This document shows, one piece after another, positions 1 through 8,552 of a stretch of 64,000 nucleotides of DNA. This stretch comes from Acutalibacteraceae bacterium. Its GTDB lineage: Bacteria > Bacillota > Clostridia > Oscillospirales > Acutalibacteraceae. Location: NCBI GenBank assembly GCA_045121005.1, contig JBGVFJ010000065.1, positions 29,776-93,775 on the forward strand. Direction: 5' to 3'. A program made the position numbers and the translations under genes. Below the pieces are notes generated by a model. That model saw only the letters and a list, made by a program, of their open reading frames with translations, was not told the DNA's origin and ran no database searches. How positions within the stretch are numbered: position 1 is the stretch's first letter; every line of letters begins with the position of its first letter.

Positions 1-5
1 GCTGT

Positions 6-2159
6 ATGGCTTGGGATCACGTATTCATCCGCTTTAACGGAAGCTACCGAAACAGTAAAAACTTTGAAGAAGCCGTTACCGCTGTTTTTGATTGCGATAA
101 CGATTTTACGGAAGATGCTGCGAGGTGGATCTCCCCGGAGGATATCGCACGGCTGTTTCCCGATGTTTCGTGTGTGGTCAGTACCAGCCGACACCATATG
201 AAACAGAAAGGAAGCAAATCACCACGCCCCAGATTTCACATTATCTTCGCAATCGAACCTATTACAGATCCTGCGGAATACACCGCTTTTATGAAGTTGG
301 TACAGCAGATGTATCCCTTTTTCGATGATAACGCTTTGGATGCTGCCAGGTTCTTCTTCGGCAATCCCGACAACGAGGTGACTTTCTTTGAAGGTAACAC
401 TACCTTAACCGCATTTATTGAAGAAGAGGTTGCGGAAAGGGCGTTTGCCGAGCTGGGTGAAACTATTACCGAAGGCAGCCGTAATAACACAATGTCCCTT
501 TTCGCAGGTAAGTTACTTAAACGGCTCGGAGATACGGATGAGGCTCATACGAAATTTCTTGAACGAGCCGAATCTTGCACCCCGCCTTTGGAGGATGGTG
601 AGCTTGAAACTATATGGCAGAGTGCCAGGAAGTTTTATAAAAAGGTATGCTCTCAACCGGGATACGTCGCTCCCGAGGAGTATAACGCTCCCTCACCGAT
701 AAAGTGGGAAATACCGATACCTTTTGAAAAAGCCAATCTGCCGACTTTCCCGACGGAATCTTTACCGAAGGTTGTCCGTGACTATGTTACGGCAGTAGCG
801 GAAAGCACACAGACTCCCGTGGATATGAGTGCCTCGGCGGCACTTGCCATTCTTGCACTGTGCGAACAAGGCAAATTCCGTATTCGTGGTAAAGCGGATT
901 GGACAGAACCGCTGAATCTGTTTGTGGTTGTGGTAGCGGAGCCTTCGGAAAGAAAGAGTGCCGTTATCAGTTTGATGACCCGTCCCGTGAATGCCTTTGA
1001 AGCGGATTACAACCGACAAAACGCAGCCGAACTTGAAACAAGCAAAATGAATAAGCGAATCTTGGAACGTCGGCAACGAGCCTTGGAGGATAAAGCCGCC
1101 AAAGGAAAAGTCGAGGACGGCGAACTGGAACAGTTGGCACAACAGCTTGCCTCATATAAAGAAAGGACACCCCTTCGATTATATGTGGATGACGTTACCA
1201 CGGAGAAGCTGACCGCTGTTTTGGCAGACGGTGGCGGTAAGGCAGCCATCGTATCAGCCGAGGGCGGTATCTTTGATATGCTCTCGGGTATTTACAGCAA
1301 AAATGTCAATATCGACGTTATGCTCAAAGGTCATTCCGGTGACAGTATCCGTGTGGACCGTATCGGCAGAAACAGCGAAAGTATTATGAATCCCGCACTG
1401 ACGGTTCTGCTTACGGTGCAGCCGAATGTGCTGTCGGGGATGATGCAAAACGGCACATTCCGCGGCAGAGGCCTTACAGCAAGATTTCTCTATTGTATGC
1501 CGAAATCCATAGTCGGTAATCGCAGATACAGAACCGAACCTATCCCTACCGATGTAGCAAGACAGTACGATCTGCTTGTTCAAAATCTCTTGGAAGAAGA
1601 ACAAGGTGAATTTCCCGAGGAGATTACCTTAACCCCGGAAGCGGATGAAATGCTTGAAGCCTTCTCTTATGAGATAGAAAGCAAGCTGAAGACCGAATAT
1701 GCGGATATGGCAGATTGGGCGGGCAAACTTGTGGGTGCAGTTCTTCGCATCGCAGGTGTTTTATGCCGTTCTTCGGTTTATCGCAATAACGGATTTCTGG
1801 AATCTGCCGAACCCTTGATGGTGGATGAGACCACAATGCAAAATGCTATCTCAATCGGCAGATATTATACCGAACACTCTGCGGCGGCATTCTCCCTTAT
1901 GGGAGCGGATGCCTTGGTGAAACAAAGTGAGTATATGCTGGATGCCATTTGCAAAAGCGGTCTTACAGAATTTACCCGCCGTGACATTATGCGACTCTGC
2001 CGCAGTTTCAAAACAGCCGATGAAGTACAACCGGTACTGAACCACTTGACCGAATACGGATACATTGCCCCCAAAACAAGCGATGTCCAATCCGGCAAAG
2101 GCAGACCTACGGGTCAAGCCTATCTTGTCAATCCTTATCTTTGTGAAAAGGCATCGTAA
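6..2159 (+). CDS. Replication protein of an integrative element: AEP-type primase-polymerase-like N-terminus, PriCT-1-like segment, DUF3987 (YfjI-like) C-terminal domain
   Basis: 717-aa ORF. Motifs seen: PRFHIIFAIEP (AEP-like), EGSRNNTMSLFAGKLL...PPLEDGELETIWQSARKFY (PriCT-1-like), LPKVVRDYVTAVAESTQTPVDMSASAALA... (DUF3987-like). The frame is open to the window edge, so the true start may lie upstream. Confidence 0.75.
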   Translation: MAWDHVFIRFNGSYRNSKNFEEAVTAVFDCDNDFTEDAARWISPEDIARLFPDVSCVVSTSRHHMKQKGSKSPRPRFHIIFAIEPITDPAEYTAFMKLVQQMYPFFDDNALDAARFFFGNPDNEVTFFEGNTTLTAFIEEEVAERAFAELGETITEGSRNNTMSLFAGKLLKRLGDTDEAHTKFLERAESCTPPLEDGELETIWQSARKFYKKVCSQPGYVAPEEYNAPSPIKWEIPIPFEKANLPTFPTESLPKVVRDYVTAVAESTQTPVDMSASAALAILALCEQGKFRIRGKADWTEPLNLFVVVVAEPSERKSAVISLMTRPVNAFEADYNRQNAAELETSKMNKRILERRQRALEDKAAKGKVEDGELEQLAQQLASYKERTPLRLYVDDVTTEKLTAVLADGGGKAAIVSAEGGIFDMLSGIYSKNVNIDVMLKGHSGDSIRVDRIGRNSESIMNPALTVLLTVQPNVLSGMMQNGTFRGRGLTARFLYCMPKSIVGNRRYRTEPIPTDVARQYDLLVQNLLEEEQGEFPEEITLTPEADEMLEAFSYEIESKLKTEYADMADWAGKLVGAVLRIAGVLCRSSVYRNNGFLESAEPLMVDETTMQNAISIGRYYTEHSAAAFSLMGADALVKQSEYMLDAICKSGLTEFTRRDIMRLCRSFKTADEVQPVLNHLTEYGYIAPKTSDVQSGKGRPTGQAYLVNPYLCEKAS

Positions 2160-2172
2160 ACGAGTTTTGTCC

Positions 2173-2308
2173 TTTATGTCCCTTTGTCCCCAAAGGTATG
2201 GGAATAAAGAAAAATATAGAAAAAGTAATCGTTAAACTACAGCTTTCTATATACGGATGTTTACCCACACTCCCACGCATACGGACAGCGTGACAAAAAG
2301 GACATAAA
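2173..2308. repeat. Imperfect ~17-bp inverted repeat bracketing the intergenic region after the primase gene, built from AAAGGACA-type units
   Basis: TTTATGTCCCTTTGTCC at 2173-2189 versus the reverse complement of GACAAAAAGGACATAAA at 2292-2308. A further forward copy, GTGACAAAAAAGGACA, lies at 2554-2569. Confidence 0.5.
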
Positions 2309-2328
2309 TATTGGAAGGAGAAAAGGAT

Positions 2329-2535
2329 ATGGCAGACATTGATGAAAAGCGGTACACCACAGTAAAGGTCATATCGCTGAAAGAAGGTAGTGTCACCGTA
2401 GCATACGGCAATTATCCCGCCGATCCAAGGTGGCATTTACTATATGAAAACCAAAGCAAAACATTCGACAACTTCAGCCGAATTTTCGAGTATTGCAACG
2501 CCCGTTTCAAGAACCCCTTCGGCGGGGTCTTATAG
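2329..2535 (+). CDS. Hypothetical small protein (element-borne)
   Basis: The ORF-track entry is 2311-2535. The internal ATG at 2329 is preceded by GGAAGGAGAAAAGGAT. No recognisable motif. Confidence 0.45.
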   Translation: MADIDEKRYTTVKVISLKEGSVTVAYGNYPADPRWHLLYENQSKTFDNFSRIFEYCNARFKNPFGGVL

Positions 2536-2600
2536 TGCGTTGTTCTGATATATGTGACAAAAAAGGACAAAAGGAAAAAACAACGGAAGGAGGTGTAAGT

Positions 2601-2945
2601 ATGTATAAAACCAAAAAGGATTATGCCCAGGATAAACTCTGCCGTGAAATCGGCAACGGGTGTCGTATTCTTCGCGTTGATGGAGAGCGATGCATTTATC
2701 GCGACTTCGGTAATGGATTTAATGTGGAAGTCAGCGGAACACACACCACAAGCAAGCGTAGAAAAGCTGTCATCTTTTTGTGGTACGGGAGTGCGTTCAC
2801 GGTTACGTGTATAAAGGAAGTGCCATTCGCGGAAATCGGTAATGTGATAAGCAGACTCTACGATTACACTTGTGAGCTTTGCCGCACCGGTGCCGCCACG
2901 GAAAAGAACCTCGGCGAACTCAGGTACGAACGTCCGCAGGTTTGA
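2601..2945 (+). CDS. Hypothetical protein (element-borne)
   Basis: The ORF-track entry is 2493-2945. The ATG at 2601 is preceded by GGAAGGAGGTGTAAGT. No recognisable motif. Confidence 0.5.
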   Translation: MYKTKKDYAQDKLCREIGNGCRILRVDGERCIYRDFGNGFNVEVSGTHTTSKRRKAVIFLWYGSAFTVTCIKEVPFAEIGNVISRLYDYTCELCRTGAATEKNLGELRYERPQV

Positions 2946-3179
2946 TGCAGATACCTTCGGGAGCTATTCCCTTTAAAACTTATGCGAATTTTTGCACACG
3001 ACCCCTGGGCCGTTGCCCGGAGTTATAGTCGTAGAGATTTAGCCCCCCTGGGGGGTATCGAAATCCCCACAGCTTTTTACTTATGCAACGGGCGTGGGGC
3101 GTCACGTAAAAAATCGCAAAATCAAACGGGGTATTAACCCCAACATCAACTAATCAAAAATAATGGAGGAATTAACCAT

Positions 3180-4196
3180 ATGAAAACAGCAAGAACCTAT
3201 GAAGAACTTAAATCCCGTCTGGACGAATTGTCCGGCAATACTGTTGAAAAGCAGACAAATAATACTGCCGAAGCCAAGAAAAAGGCCAAGGCATACAATA
3301 CCGCTTTCTGGGAAACCATGCACACCGGTATGCCCCAAAATACACTAAAGGAAGGTAGTGACGGCTCGGGCGGCTACCTTGTTCCCGATACTTATGACGA
3401 TAGGCTTGTGCAGGCATTAAAGCAAAAGAACGTCCTTCGTCAAATCGCCACCGTCATTCCCACAACGCAGAAACTGACCATTCCCGTTTCTTTAGGCGGT
3501 GAAAACGCAAGCTGGATGCCGGAAAACGAGCCATACACGTTTTGTGAAGCAGAATTCGGTGAAATCGAGATCGATGCGTATAAGCTCGGCAGCTCTATTC
3601 TCGTTTCTGATGAGCTGCTTGAGGACTGTGGCGTTGACCTTAAAAAATATATCGAGGAAGCCTTTGCTCACCGAATCGGCAATGCCGAGGAATCTGCCTT
3701 TATCCGAGGAGACGGAAACGGAAAGCCTCTCGGTATTATTCACCAGGCTTCTATTGGTAAGGTCACGGATGAGAAAGGCAAAATCAGTGCAGATGACTTG
3801 GTCGATATGGAGTTTTCTTTGGCAGAGCCTTATCGCAAAAATGCGGTGTGGGTTATGTCCAACGATGCATATTGCAGACTTGGACAGCTGCGCCATTATC
3901 GTGGTAATCCTATCTGGAGTAACGGACTTGAAGAGGAAATGCCTATGAAACTGTTCGGCTATCCCGTCTATATTTGTAACCATATGGATGACGTCACCCC
4001 CGGTAGCATTCCGGTAATGTTCGGTGACTTCAGTTACTACTGGATCGGTGACCGAGGCAAGAGAGTCATTAAACGCCTGGTAGAGCGTTACGCTGATCAC
4101 GGGCAGGTTGCATTTATCACCACCGAGCGCGTTGATGCAAAACTCGTTCTTCCCGAAGCAATAAAGATGCTTAAGGTCAAGAGTGACAAGGAATAA
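3180..4196 (+). CDS. Phage major capsid protein, HK97 family
   Basis: 338 aa with RBS GGAGGAATTAACCAT upstream of the ATG. It has a short coiled-coil-like N-terminus, then typical HK97-family stretches (GGYLVPDTYDDRLVQALKQKNVLRQIATVIPT..., ESAFIRGDGNGKPLGI..., FGDFSYYWIGDRG). Confidence 0.85.
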   Translation: MKTARTYEELKSRLDELSGNTVEKQTNNTAEAKKKAKAYNTAFWETMHTGMPQNTLKEGSDGSGGYLVPDTYDDRLVQALKQKNVLRQIATVIPTTQKLTIPVSLGGENASWMPENEPYTFCEAEFGEIEIDAYKLGSSILVSDELLEDCGVDLKKYIEEAFAHRIGNAEESAFIRGDGNGKPLGIIHQASIGKVTDEKGKISADDLVDMEFSLAEPYRKNAVWVMSNDAYCRLGQLRHYRGNPIWSNGLEEEMPMKLFGYPVYICNHMDDVTPGSIPVMFGDFSYYWIGDRGKRVIKRLVERYADHGQVAFITTERVDAKLVLPEAIKMLKVKSDKE

Positions 4197-4264
4197 GGTT
4201 GTGTGGGAGGGCGGCTTTCGGGTCGCTCTCCCTTACTCTTGTAGTCATAGGAAGGAGATATGCC

Positions 4265-4639
4265 ATGACACTACAAAACAAAATTGCCATTAACAATATG
4301 CGGCTTGAGGGGCATAGCCCTTCTGTGATTGCCGCCACTTTAGGTTTATCTGCCGGGACCGTCCGTGCTCACATTCACAGATACCCGGAGATACCGAACA
4401 CCAAGCTTTGCAAGAGCTGCGGTAAGCCCGTACTTCAAACAGAAAAACGCAGGGAGAAAAAGTTCTGTTCGGATGCTTGCCGAATGCTGTGGTGGAACTC
4501 CCACCGGGACTTGGTGAACCGCAAAGCCTATTACAATCTTACCTGCGAATACTGCGGAAAGGAGTTTGAGAGCTATGGCAACAAAAACCGAAAATACTGC
4601 AGCCGTGCCTGCTACGTTGCGTCAAGACAAGCAGGATAA
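4265..4639 (+). CDS. Sigma70-region-4/LuxR-type HTH protein with C-terminal double CxxC zinc-ribbon (putative element regulator)
   Basis: ATG at 4265 after GGAAGGAGATATGCC. HTH-like NMRLEGHSPSVIAATLGLSAGTVRAHIHR. Cysteine pairs CKSCGK...CSDAC and CEYCGK...CSRAC. Confidence 0.65.
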   Translation: MTLQNKIAINNMRLEGHSPSVIAATLGLSAGTVRAHIHRYPEIPNTKLCKSCGKPVLQTEKRREKKFCSDACRMLWWNSHRDLVNRKAYYNLTCEYCGKEFESYGNKNRKYCSRACYVASRQAG

Positions 4640-4802
4640 ATACGCAGCCGAAAATATAATGCTGTACCGAACCTCCCTGGCTCTGCTCAAAAGCCTTGCG
4701 GAAGACGGCACATTTACCGAAAAAGAGTATTGTAAGATATCGACAATGCTGTCCCGTAAATACGGTTTATCTTCGGGTAGTATATTTGCGGAATCTGCTT
4801 GA
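4575..4802 (+). CDS. Hypothetical small protein upstream of the recombinases (start uncertain: 4566 TTG, 4575 ATG or 4659 ATG)
   Basis: ORF-track entry 4566-4802. GGAAAGGAG lies 10 nt upstream of the ATG at 4575. It overlaps the end of the preceding gene in another frame. Confidence 0.35.
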   Translation: MATKTENTAAVPATLRQDKQDKYAAENIMLYRTSLALLKSLAEDGTFTEKEYCKISTMLSRKYGLSSGSIFAESA

Positions 4803-4863
4803 TATATCCGCCAGTTAGAGCGAATATGTAGTGACCTTAATTGATACAAAGGAGGTAAATGTA

Positions 4864-6144
4864 TTGGAAAGGATCGTTACACAGACTCGTTTTGCAAAAA
4901 CGGAATTGCCGAGAGCAAAACGGGTGGCGGCATACGCCAGAGTATCTTCCGGTAAGGATGCGATGCTCCACTCACTTTCCGCCCAGGTGAGTTATTACAG
5001 CAAATTGATACAGACCCACGGCGGATGGGAGTATGCAGGCGTATACGCCGATGAAGCTCTGACCGGGACAAAGGACAACCGAGAAAACTTTCAAAGGCTT
5101 CTTGCGGATTGCCGAAACGGAAAGGTGGATATGATTTTAACCAAGTCCGTTTCGCGCTTCGCAAGAAATACGCTGACCTTACTCGAAACCGTAAGGGAAC
5201 TAAAGGACCTGGGTGTAGATGTTTACTTTGAAGAGCAAAATATACATTCGGCAACCTCGGATGGTGAGTTGATGCTTACAATCCTCGCAAGCTATGCTCA
5301 AGAGGAAAGCCTCTCCGCCAGCGAGAATCAAAAGTGGAGGGTACGGCAACAGTTTCAAAACGGAAAACCCTGGCGCGGTTTTATGATGGGATACCGATAC
5401 GATGGTGAGAAATACGTCATCATTCCCGAGGAGGCAGAGGTGGTTCGTTCTATATTTCGTGACTACCTTGACGGCAAAGGTGTCGCCGCCATTATGAAAC
5501 GGCTCAACGAAGAAGGGATCCTCACGCAGCAAGGTTGCACCTGGCATCAAAGCGCCGTGAGCAGAATCCTTCGCAACTACGCCTATACAGGCAACCTTCT
5601 ACTTCAAACTAAATTCCGTGAAAATCACCTCACCAAACGCACACTGGTAAATCACGGAGAACTTCCGCAGTACCACGCAGAGAACACCCACGAGCCGATC
5701 ATTGATATCGGCACCTATAACTTGGTACAACTGGAGATGGCAAGGCGGGCGGAGCGTTTTGCAAAGCCACAAACGAAAACAGAATACCCTTTTACGGGAC
5801 TTATCACCTGCGCCGGGTGCGGAAAGCACTACCGCAGAAAGGTAACGAAAACGGGCCCCGTATGGATATGTGCCACCTACAATACCCTCGGCAAAAAAGT
5901 CTGCCCGTCAAAAGCCATCCCCGAACCGACTTTGATGGCACTTGCCGCCGAGATTGATGATTTCAGTAAAATAACGGCAATTACAGCCGACAAAGATAAC
6001 ACCTTGATATTCTCCCTTATAAACGGAGAAGCAATCGTTAAACGATGGAAAGACCGCTCACGCTCGGAAAGTTGGACTCCCGAGATGAGGGCAGCGGTCG
6101 GTAAAAAAACAAAAGAAAGGAGTAAGCAAAATGGCAACAGCTAA
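4864..6144 (+). CDS. Large serine recombinase (resolvase domain + recombinase domain + zinc ribbon)
   Basis: ORF-track entry 4831-6144. TTG at 4864 follows AAGGAGG by about 8 nt. Catalytic-serine motif RVAAYARVSSGKD, then ...SRFARNT..., and the C-terminal Cys cluster CAGCGKHY...CATYN...CPS. Confidence 0.9.
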   Translation: MERIVTQTRFAKTELPRAKRVAAYARVSSGKDAMLHSLSAQVSYYSKLIQTHGGWEYAGVYADEALTGTKDNRENFQRLLADCRNGKVDMILTKSVSRFARNTLTLLETVRELKDLGVDVYFEEQNIHSATSDGELMLTILASYAQEESLSASENQKWRVRQQFQNGKPWRGFMMGYRYDGEKYVIIPEEAEVVRSIFRDYLDGKGVAAIMKRLNEEGILTQQGCTWHQSAVSRILRNYAYTGNLLLQTKFRENHLTKRTLVNHGELPQYHAENTHEPIIDIGTYNLVQLEMARRAERFAKPQTKTEYPFTGLITCAGCGKHYRRKVTKTGPVWICATYNTLGKKVCPSKAIPEPTLMALAAEIDDFSKITAITADKDNTLIFSLINGEAIVKRWKDRSRSESWTPEMRAAVGKKTKERSKQNGNS

Positions 6145-7720
6145 AAATGTAACCGTAATACCCGCCACACGAAACTTGCACACGGGTATCCCCACCACCT
6201 CAAAGGCAAAACGCAAGGTCGCAGGTTACGCCCGTGTATCCACCGACAGCGATGAACAGTTCACAAGCTATGAGGCGCAGGTGGATTATTACACCAATTA
6301 CATCAAAAGCCGTCCCGAGTGGGAGTTTGTTGAAGTCTATACCGATGAAGGCATCTCCGCACTCAACACCAAAAAGCGTGATGGCTTTAACCGAATGATA
6401 GCAGACGCCCTTGGTGGCAAAATTGACCTCATCGTAACCAAAAGTGTAAGTCGCTTTGCCCGTAACACTGTGGACAGCCTCACCACCGTCCGCAAGCTGA
6501 AGGACAAGGGTGTTGAGGTGTATTTTGAAAAGGAAAATATATGGACGATGGACTCCAAGGGCGAGTTGCTTATCACGATCATGTCATCCCTTGCCCAGGA
6601 GGAGAGCCGTTCCATTTCCGAGAACGTAACCTGGGGGCAACGCAAACGATTTGCTGACGGCAAGGTCAATATGCCGTACAAACAGTTTCTCGGATACAGA
6701 AAAGGCGCAGACGGTCTGCCCGAGATCGTTCCCGAAGAAGCAGAAATCGTCCGCACCATTTACCGAATGTTTGTGGAAGGTATGTCCGCAGGCTCTATCG
6801 CAAAACACTTGACCGAAAACGGTGTTCCTACGCCATCCGGGAAAGCGGTATGGCAAAGACATACGATCGAGAGCATCCTTCAAAACGAGAAATACAAAGG
6901 CTCGGCACTTTTGCAGAAGAAATACACCGTGGATTTTCTGCAGAAAAAGATGAAGGTCAACGAGGGTGAAGTTCCGCAGTATTATGTGGAACACAGCCAT
7001 CCCGCCATCATCGCACCGGAAGAATGGGAACGGGTTCAGTTGGAACTGAAACGCAGAAAGGACAGCGGCAGACGCACCTTTTCCACCAGTCCCTTTGCCG
7101 GGAAACTCATCTGCGGAGATTGCGGTGAGATCTTCGGCTCAAAGGTATGGCACTCAAACAGCAAATACCGCCGAACCATATGGCAATGTAATGCAAAATT
7201 CAAGGGTGACACCATATGCACCACACCGCATTTATATGAGGATGACATCAAGGAGCTGTTCGTAGTAGCGCTAAGCAAGTTGCTTGCGGATCGTGAGGCG
7301 CTTCTTGAGGACGGCAGGCTCATCCGTCATGAGCTGTTGGATACCGCTGCGATCGATACAGAATGCGAGGAACTCCTCCAAGAGATGGATGTGGTCGCAG
7401 GCCTTATCCAAAAGTGCATCAACGAAAATGCCGTAAAAGCTATCGACCAAGATGAATATATCAGCCGATATAACTCCTTGGTGGAACGCCACGAAAAGGC
7501 TCAAAACCGCTATGACACTTTGCAGAAAAAGCGTGAACGCAGGCTCATCCAGGCGGATGTTATGAGCGGATTCCTTTTCGCCATCACCGAACTTGACAAC
7601 CTCCAACTTCAATTCAACCCGCCCCTCTGGCATACCACCGTCGACCACGTAACCGTGTACGCAGATGAGCGTTTGGTGTTTCATTTCAAAAATGGCAGCG
7701 AGGTTGAGGTTCAAATCTGA
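6131..7720 (+). CDS. Large serine recombinase (second copy, longer C-terminal coiled-coil/DUF4368-like tail)
   Basis: 529 aa. KVAGYARVSTDSDEQ catalytic motif, SRFARNT, Cys cluster CGDCGEIFG...CNAKF...C. Its start overlaps the stop of the upstream recombinase by 14 nt. Confidence 0.9.
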   Translation: MATAKNVTVIPATRNLHTGIPTTSKAKRKVAGYARVSTDSDEQFTSYEAQVDYYTNYIKSRPEWEFVEVYTDEGISALNTKKRDGFNRMIADALGGKIDLIVTKSVSRFARNTVDSLTTVRKLKDKGVEVYFEKENIWTMDSKGELLITIMSSLAQEESRSISENVTWGQRKRFADGKVNMPYKQFLGYRKGADGLPEIVPEEAEIVRTIYRMFVEGMSAGSIAKHLTENGVPTPSGKAVWQRHTIESILQNEKYKGSALLQKKYTVDFLQKKMKVNEGEVPQYYVEHSHPAIIAPEEWERVQLELKRRKDSGRRTFSTSPFAGKLICGDCGEIFGSKVWHSNSKYRRTIWQCNAKFKGDTICTTPHLYEDDIKELFVVALSKLLADREALLEDGRLIRHELLDTAAIDTECEELLQEMDVVAGLIQKCINENAVKAIDQDEYISRYNSLVERHEKAQNRYDTLQKKRERRLIQADVMSGFLFAITELDNLQLQFNPPLWHTTVDHVTVYADERLVFHFKNGSEVEVQI

Positions 7721-7765
7721 CTTGAGTATGTTATAATTTCATAACTATCACTTAGGAGGATGAAT

Positions 7766-7960
7766 ATGAAGAAAAACAAGGATATTTATATGGAACCGGA
7801 AGTGTATCGGCACAACAACTGCATCGTTAAGGTATACCGCCCGATTCTAACCGAAGAAGAACGTGCAAGACGGATGGAGGAAATCAAAAAAGCTGCGGTT
7901 GCCCTTATTATAGCGACAGAAAAAGCAAAGCAAAATAAGAATCGGTTGTTTAACGAATAG
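7766..7960 (+). CDS. Hypothetical small protein (last ORF of the element)
   Basis: ATG at 7766 lies 6 nt after AGGAGG. The product is a 64-aa basic/acidic helical-looking peptide. Confidence 0.45.
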   Translation: MKKNKDIYMEPEVYRHNNCIVKVYRPILTEEERARRMEEIKKAAVALIIATEKAKQNKNRLFNE

Positions 7961-8032
7961 CGGTAGTTTAACGATAGGTCGGTATGAATATTGGGTTGAG
8001 TCCCGGGGTGGGACTATAAAAACAATCAAAAA

Positions 8033-8082
8033 AGCGTTGCAGGATGGGTGGAATACTCCCAAAATGCAACGCTTGTTTTTAT
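8033..8082 (+). terminator. Rho-independent terminator after the element's last ORF
   Basis: Stem AGCGTTGCA (8033-8041) / TGCAACGCT (8065-8073), followed by TGTTTTTAT. Confidence 0.6.
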
Positions 8083-8121
8083 AAGTGCTTATTCTGCCTA
8101 TGTTTTTTGCGGTAAAATAAC

Positions 8122-8159
8122 GATACCGCTGTCGACACGATTGTATCAACAGCGGTATC
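8122..8159. terminator. Bidirectional hairpin terminator abutting the 3' end of tRNA-fMet
   Basis: 11-bp stem GATACCGCTGT / ACAGCGGTATC. A U-run follows on both strands (TGTTTTGG on +, GTTATTTTACC on -). Confidence 0.6.
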
Positions 8160-8164
8160 TGTTT

Positions 8165-8241
8165 TGGTTGCGGAGGTAGGATTTGAACCTACGGCCTCCG
8201 GGTTATGAGCCCGACGAGCTACCAAGCTGCTCTACTCCGCG
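8165..8241 (-). tRNA. Initiator tRNA-fMet (anticodon CAT), CCA encoded
   Basis: Reverse complement reads CGCGGAGTAGAGCAGCTTGGTAGCTCGTCGGGCTCATAACCCGGAGGCCGTAGGTTCAAATCCTACCTCCGCAACCA (77 nt). It shows a C1:A72 mismatch and GGG/CCC closing the anticodon stem, both typical of bacterial initiator tRNA. Confidence 0.9.
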
Positions 8242-8272
8242 ATATTCAGTTGCGCTCACAAGGAACTTTTAT

Positions 8273-8301
8273 ATTATACACATTAAGTATATGTTTGTCA
8301 A
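8273..8301 (-). promoter_or_regulatory. Consensus sigma-A promoter for tRNA-fMet
   Basis: On the minus strand: TTGACA (8296-8301), a 17-nt spacer, then TATAAT (8273-8278), about 30 nt upstream of the mature 5' end. Confidence 0.7.
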
Positions 8302-8487
8302 CACTTTTTTATACTTTTTTTAATTTTATTTTTATTTTGCATAAATCGGAAGCTGTTTTTTCGTCATAAAACACAAAGTTCTGAAAAAAATTTAAAAATT
8401 AAAAATGAGCTTTGTATATGAAAAAACGAGAAAAACGGAGAAAAATCGAGCATTGAAATTGTAAATTAAAATTTCAGAAAAAAGTTG

Positions 8488-8516
8488 TTGACATTGTCCC
8501 CTGCTTGTGGTAGTAT
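8488..8516 (+). promoter_or_regulatory. Sigma-A promoter of rplM-rpsI
   Basis: TTGACA (8488-8493), a 17-nt spacer, then TAGTAT (8511-8516) with TG two nt upstream. An AT-rich UP-like tract lies upstream. Confidence 0.65.
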
Positions 8517-8552
8517 ATTCGGGCAGTTAAAAATTATACGGAGGTTTGATTT

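Larger units (their letters stand above)
1..8030. mobile_element. Right-hand portion of a serine-recombinase integrative element (phage-satellite-like or mobilisable island); left end lies outside the window and the right end is not precisely defined
   Basis: Co-directional block of replication protein, capsid, regulator and two serine recombinases. By eye these ORFs use NCG codons and CGN Arg much more than the flanking host genes. The block ends before a tRNA gene. Confidence 0.6.

Noticed and set aside
3492-4100. 202-aa minus-strand ORF and 149-aa + strand ORF inside the capsid gene
   Set aside because: They are shadow frames of a gene with clear HK97-family similarity.
8165-8241. tRNA-fMet as the integration target (att) of the element
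   Set aside because: I found no duplicated tRNA 3' segment within the visible element, and serine recombinases do not typically use tRNA 3' ends. Two hairpin terminators separate the last element ORF from the tRNA. Adjacency is noted but att identity is not claimed.
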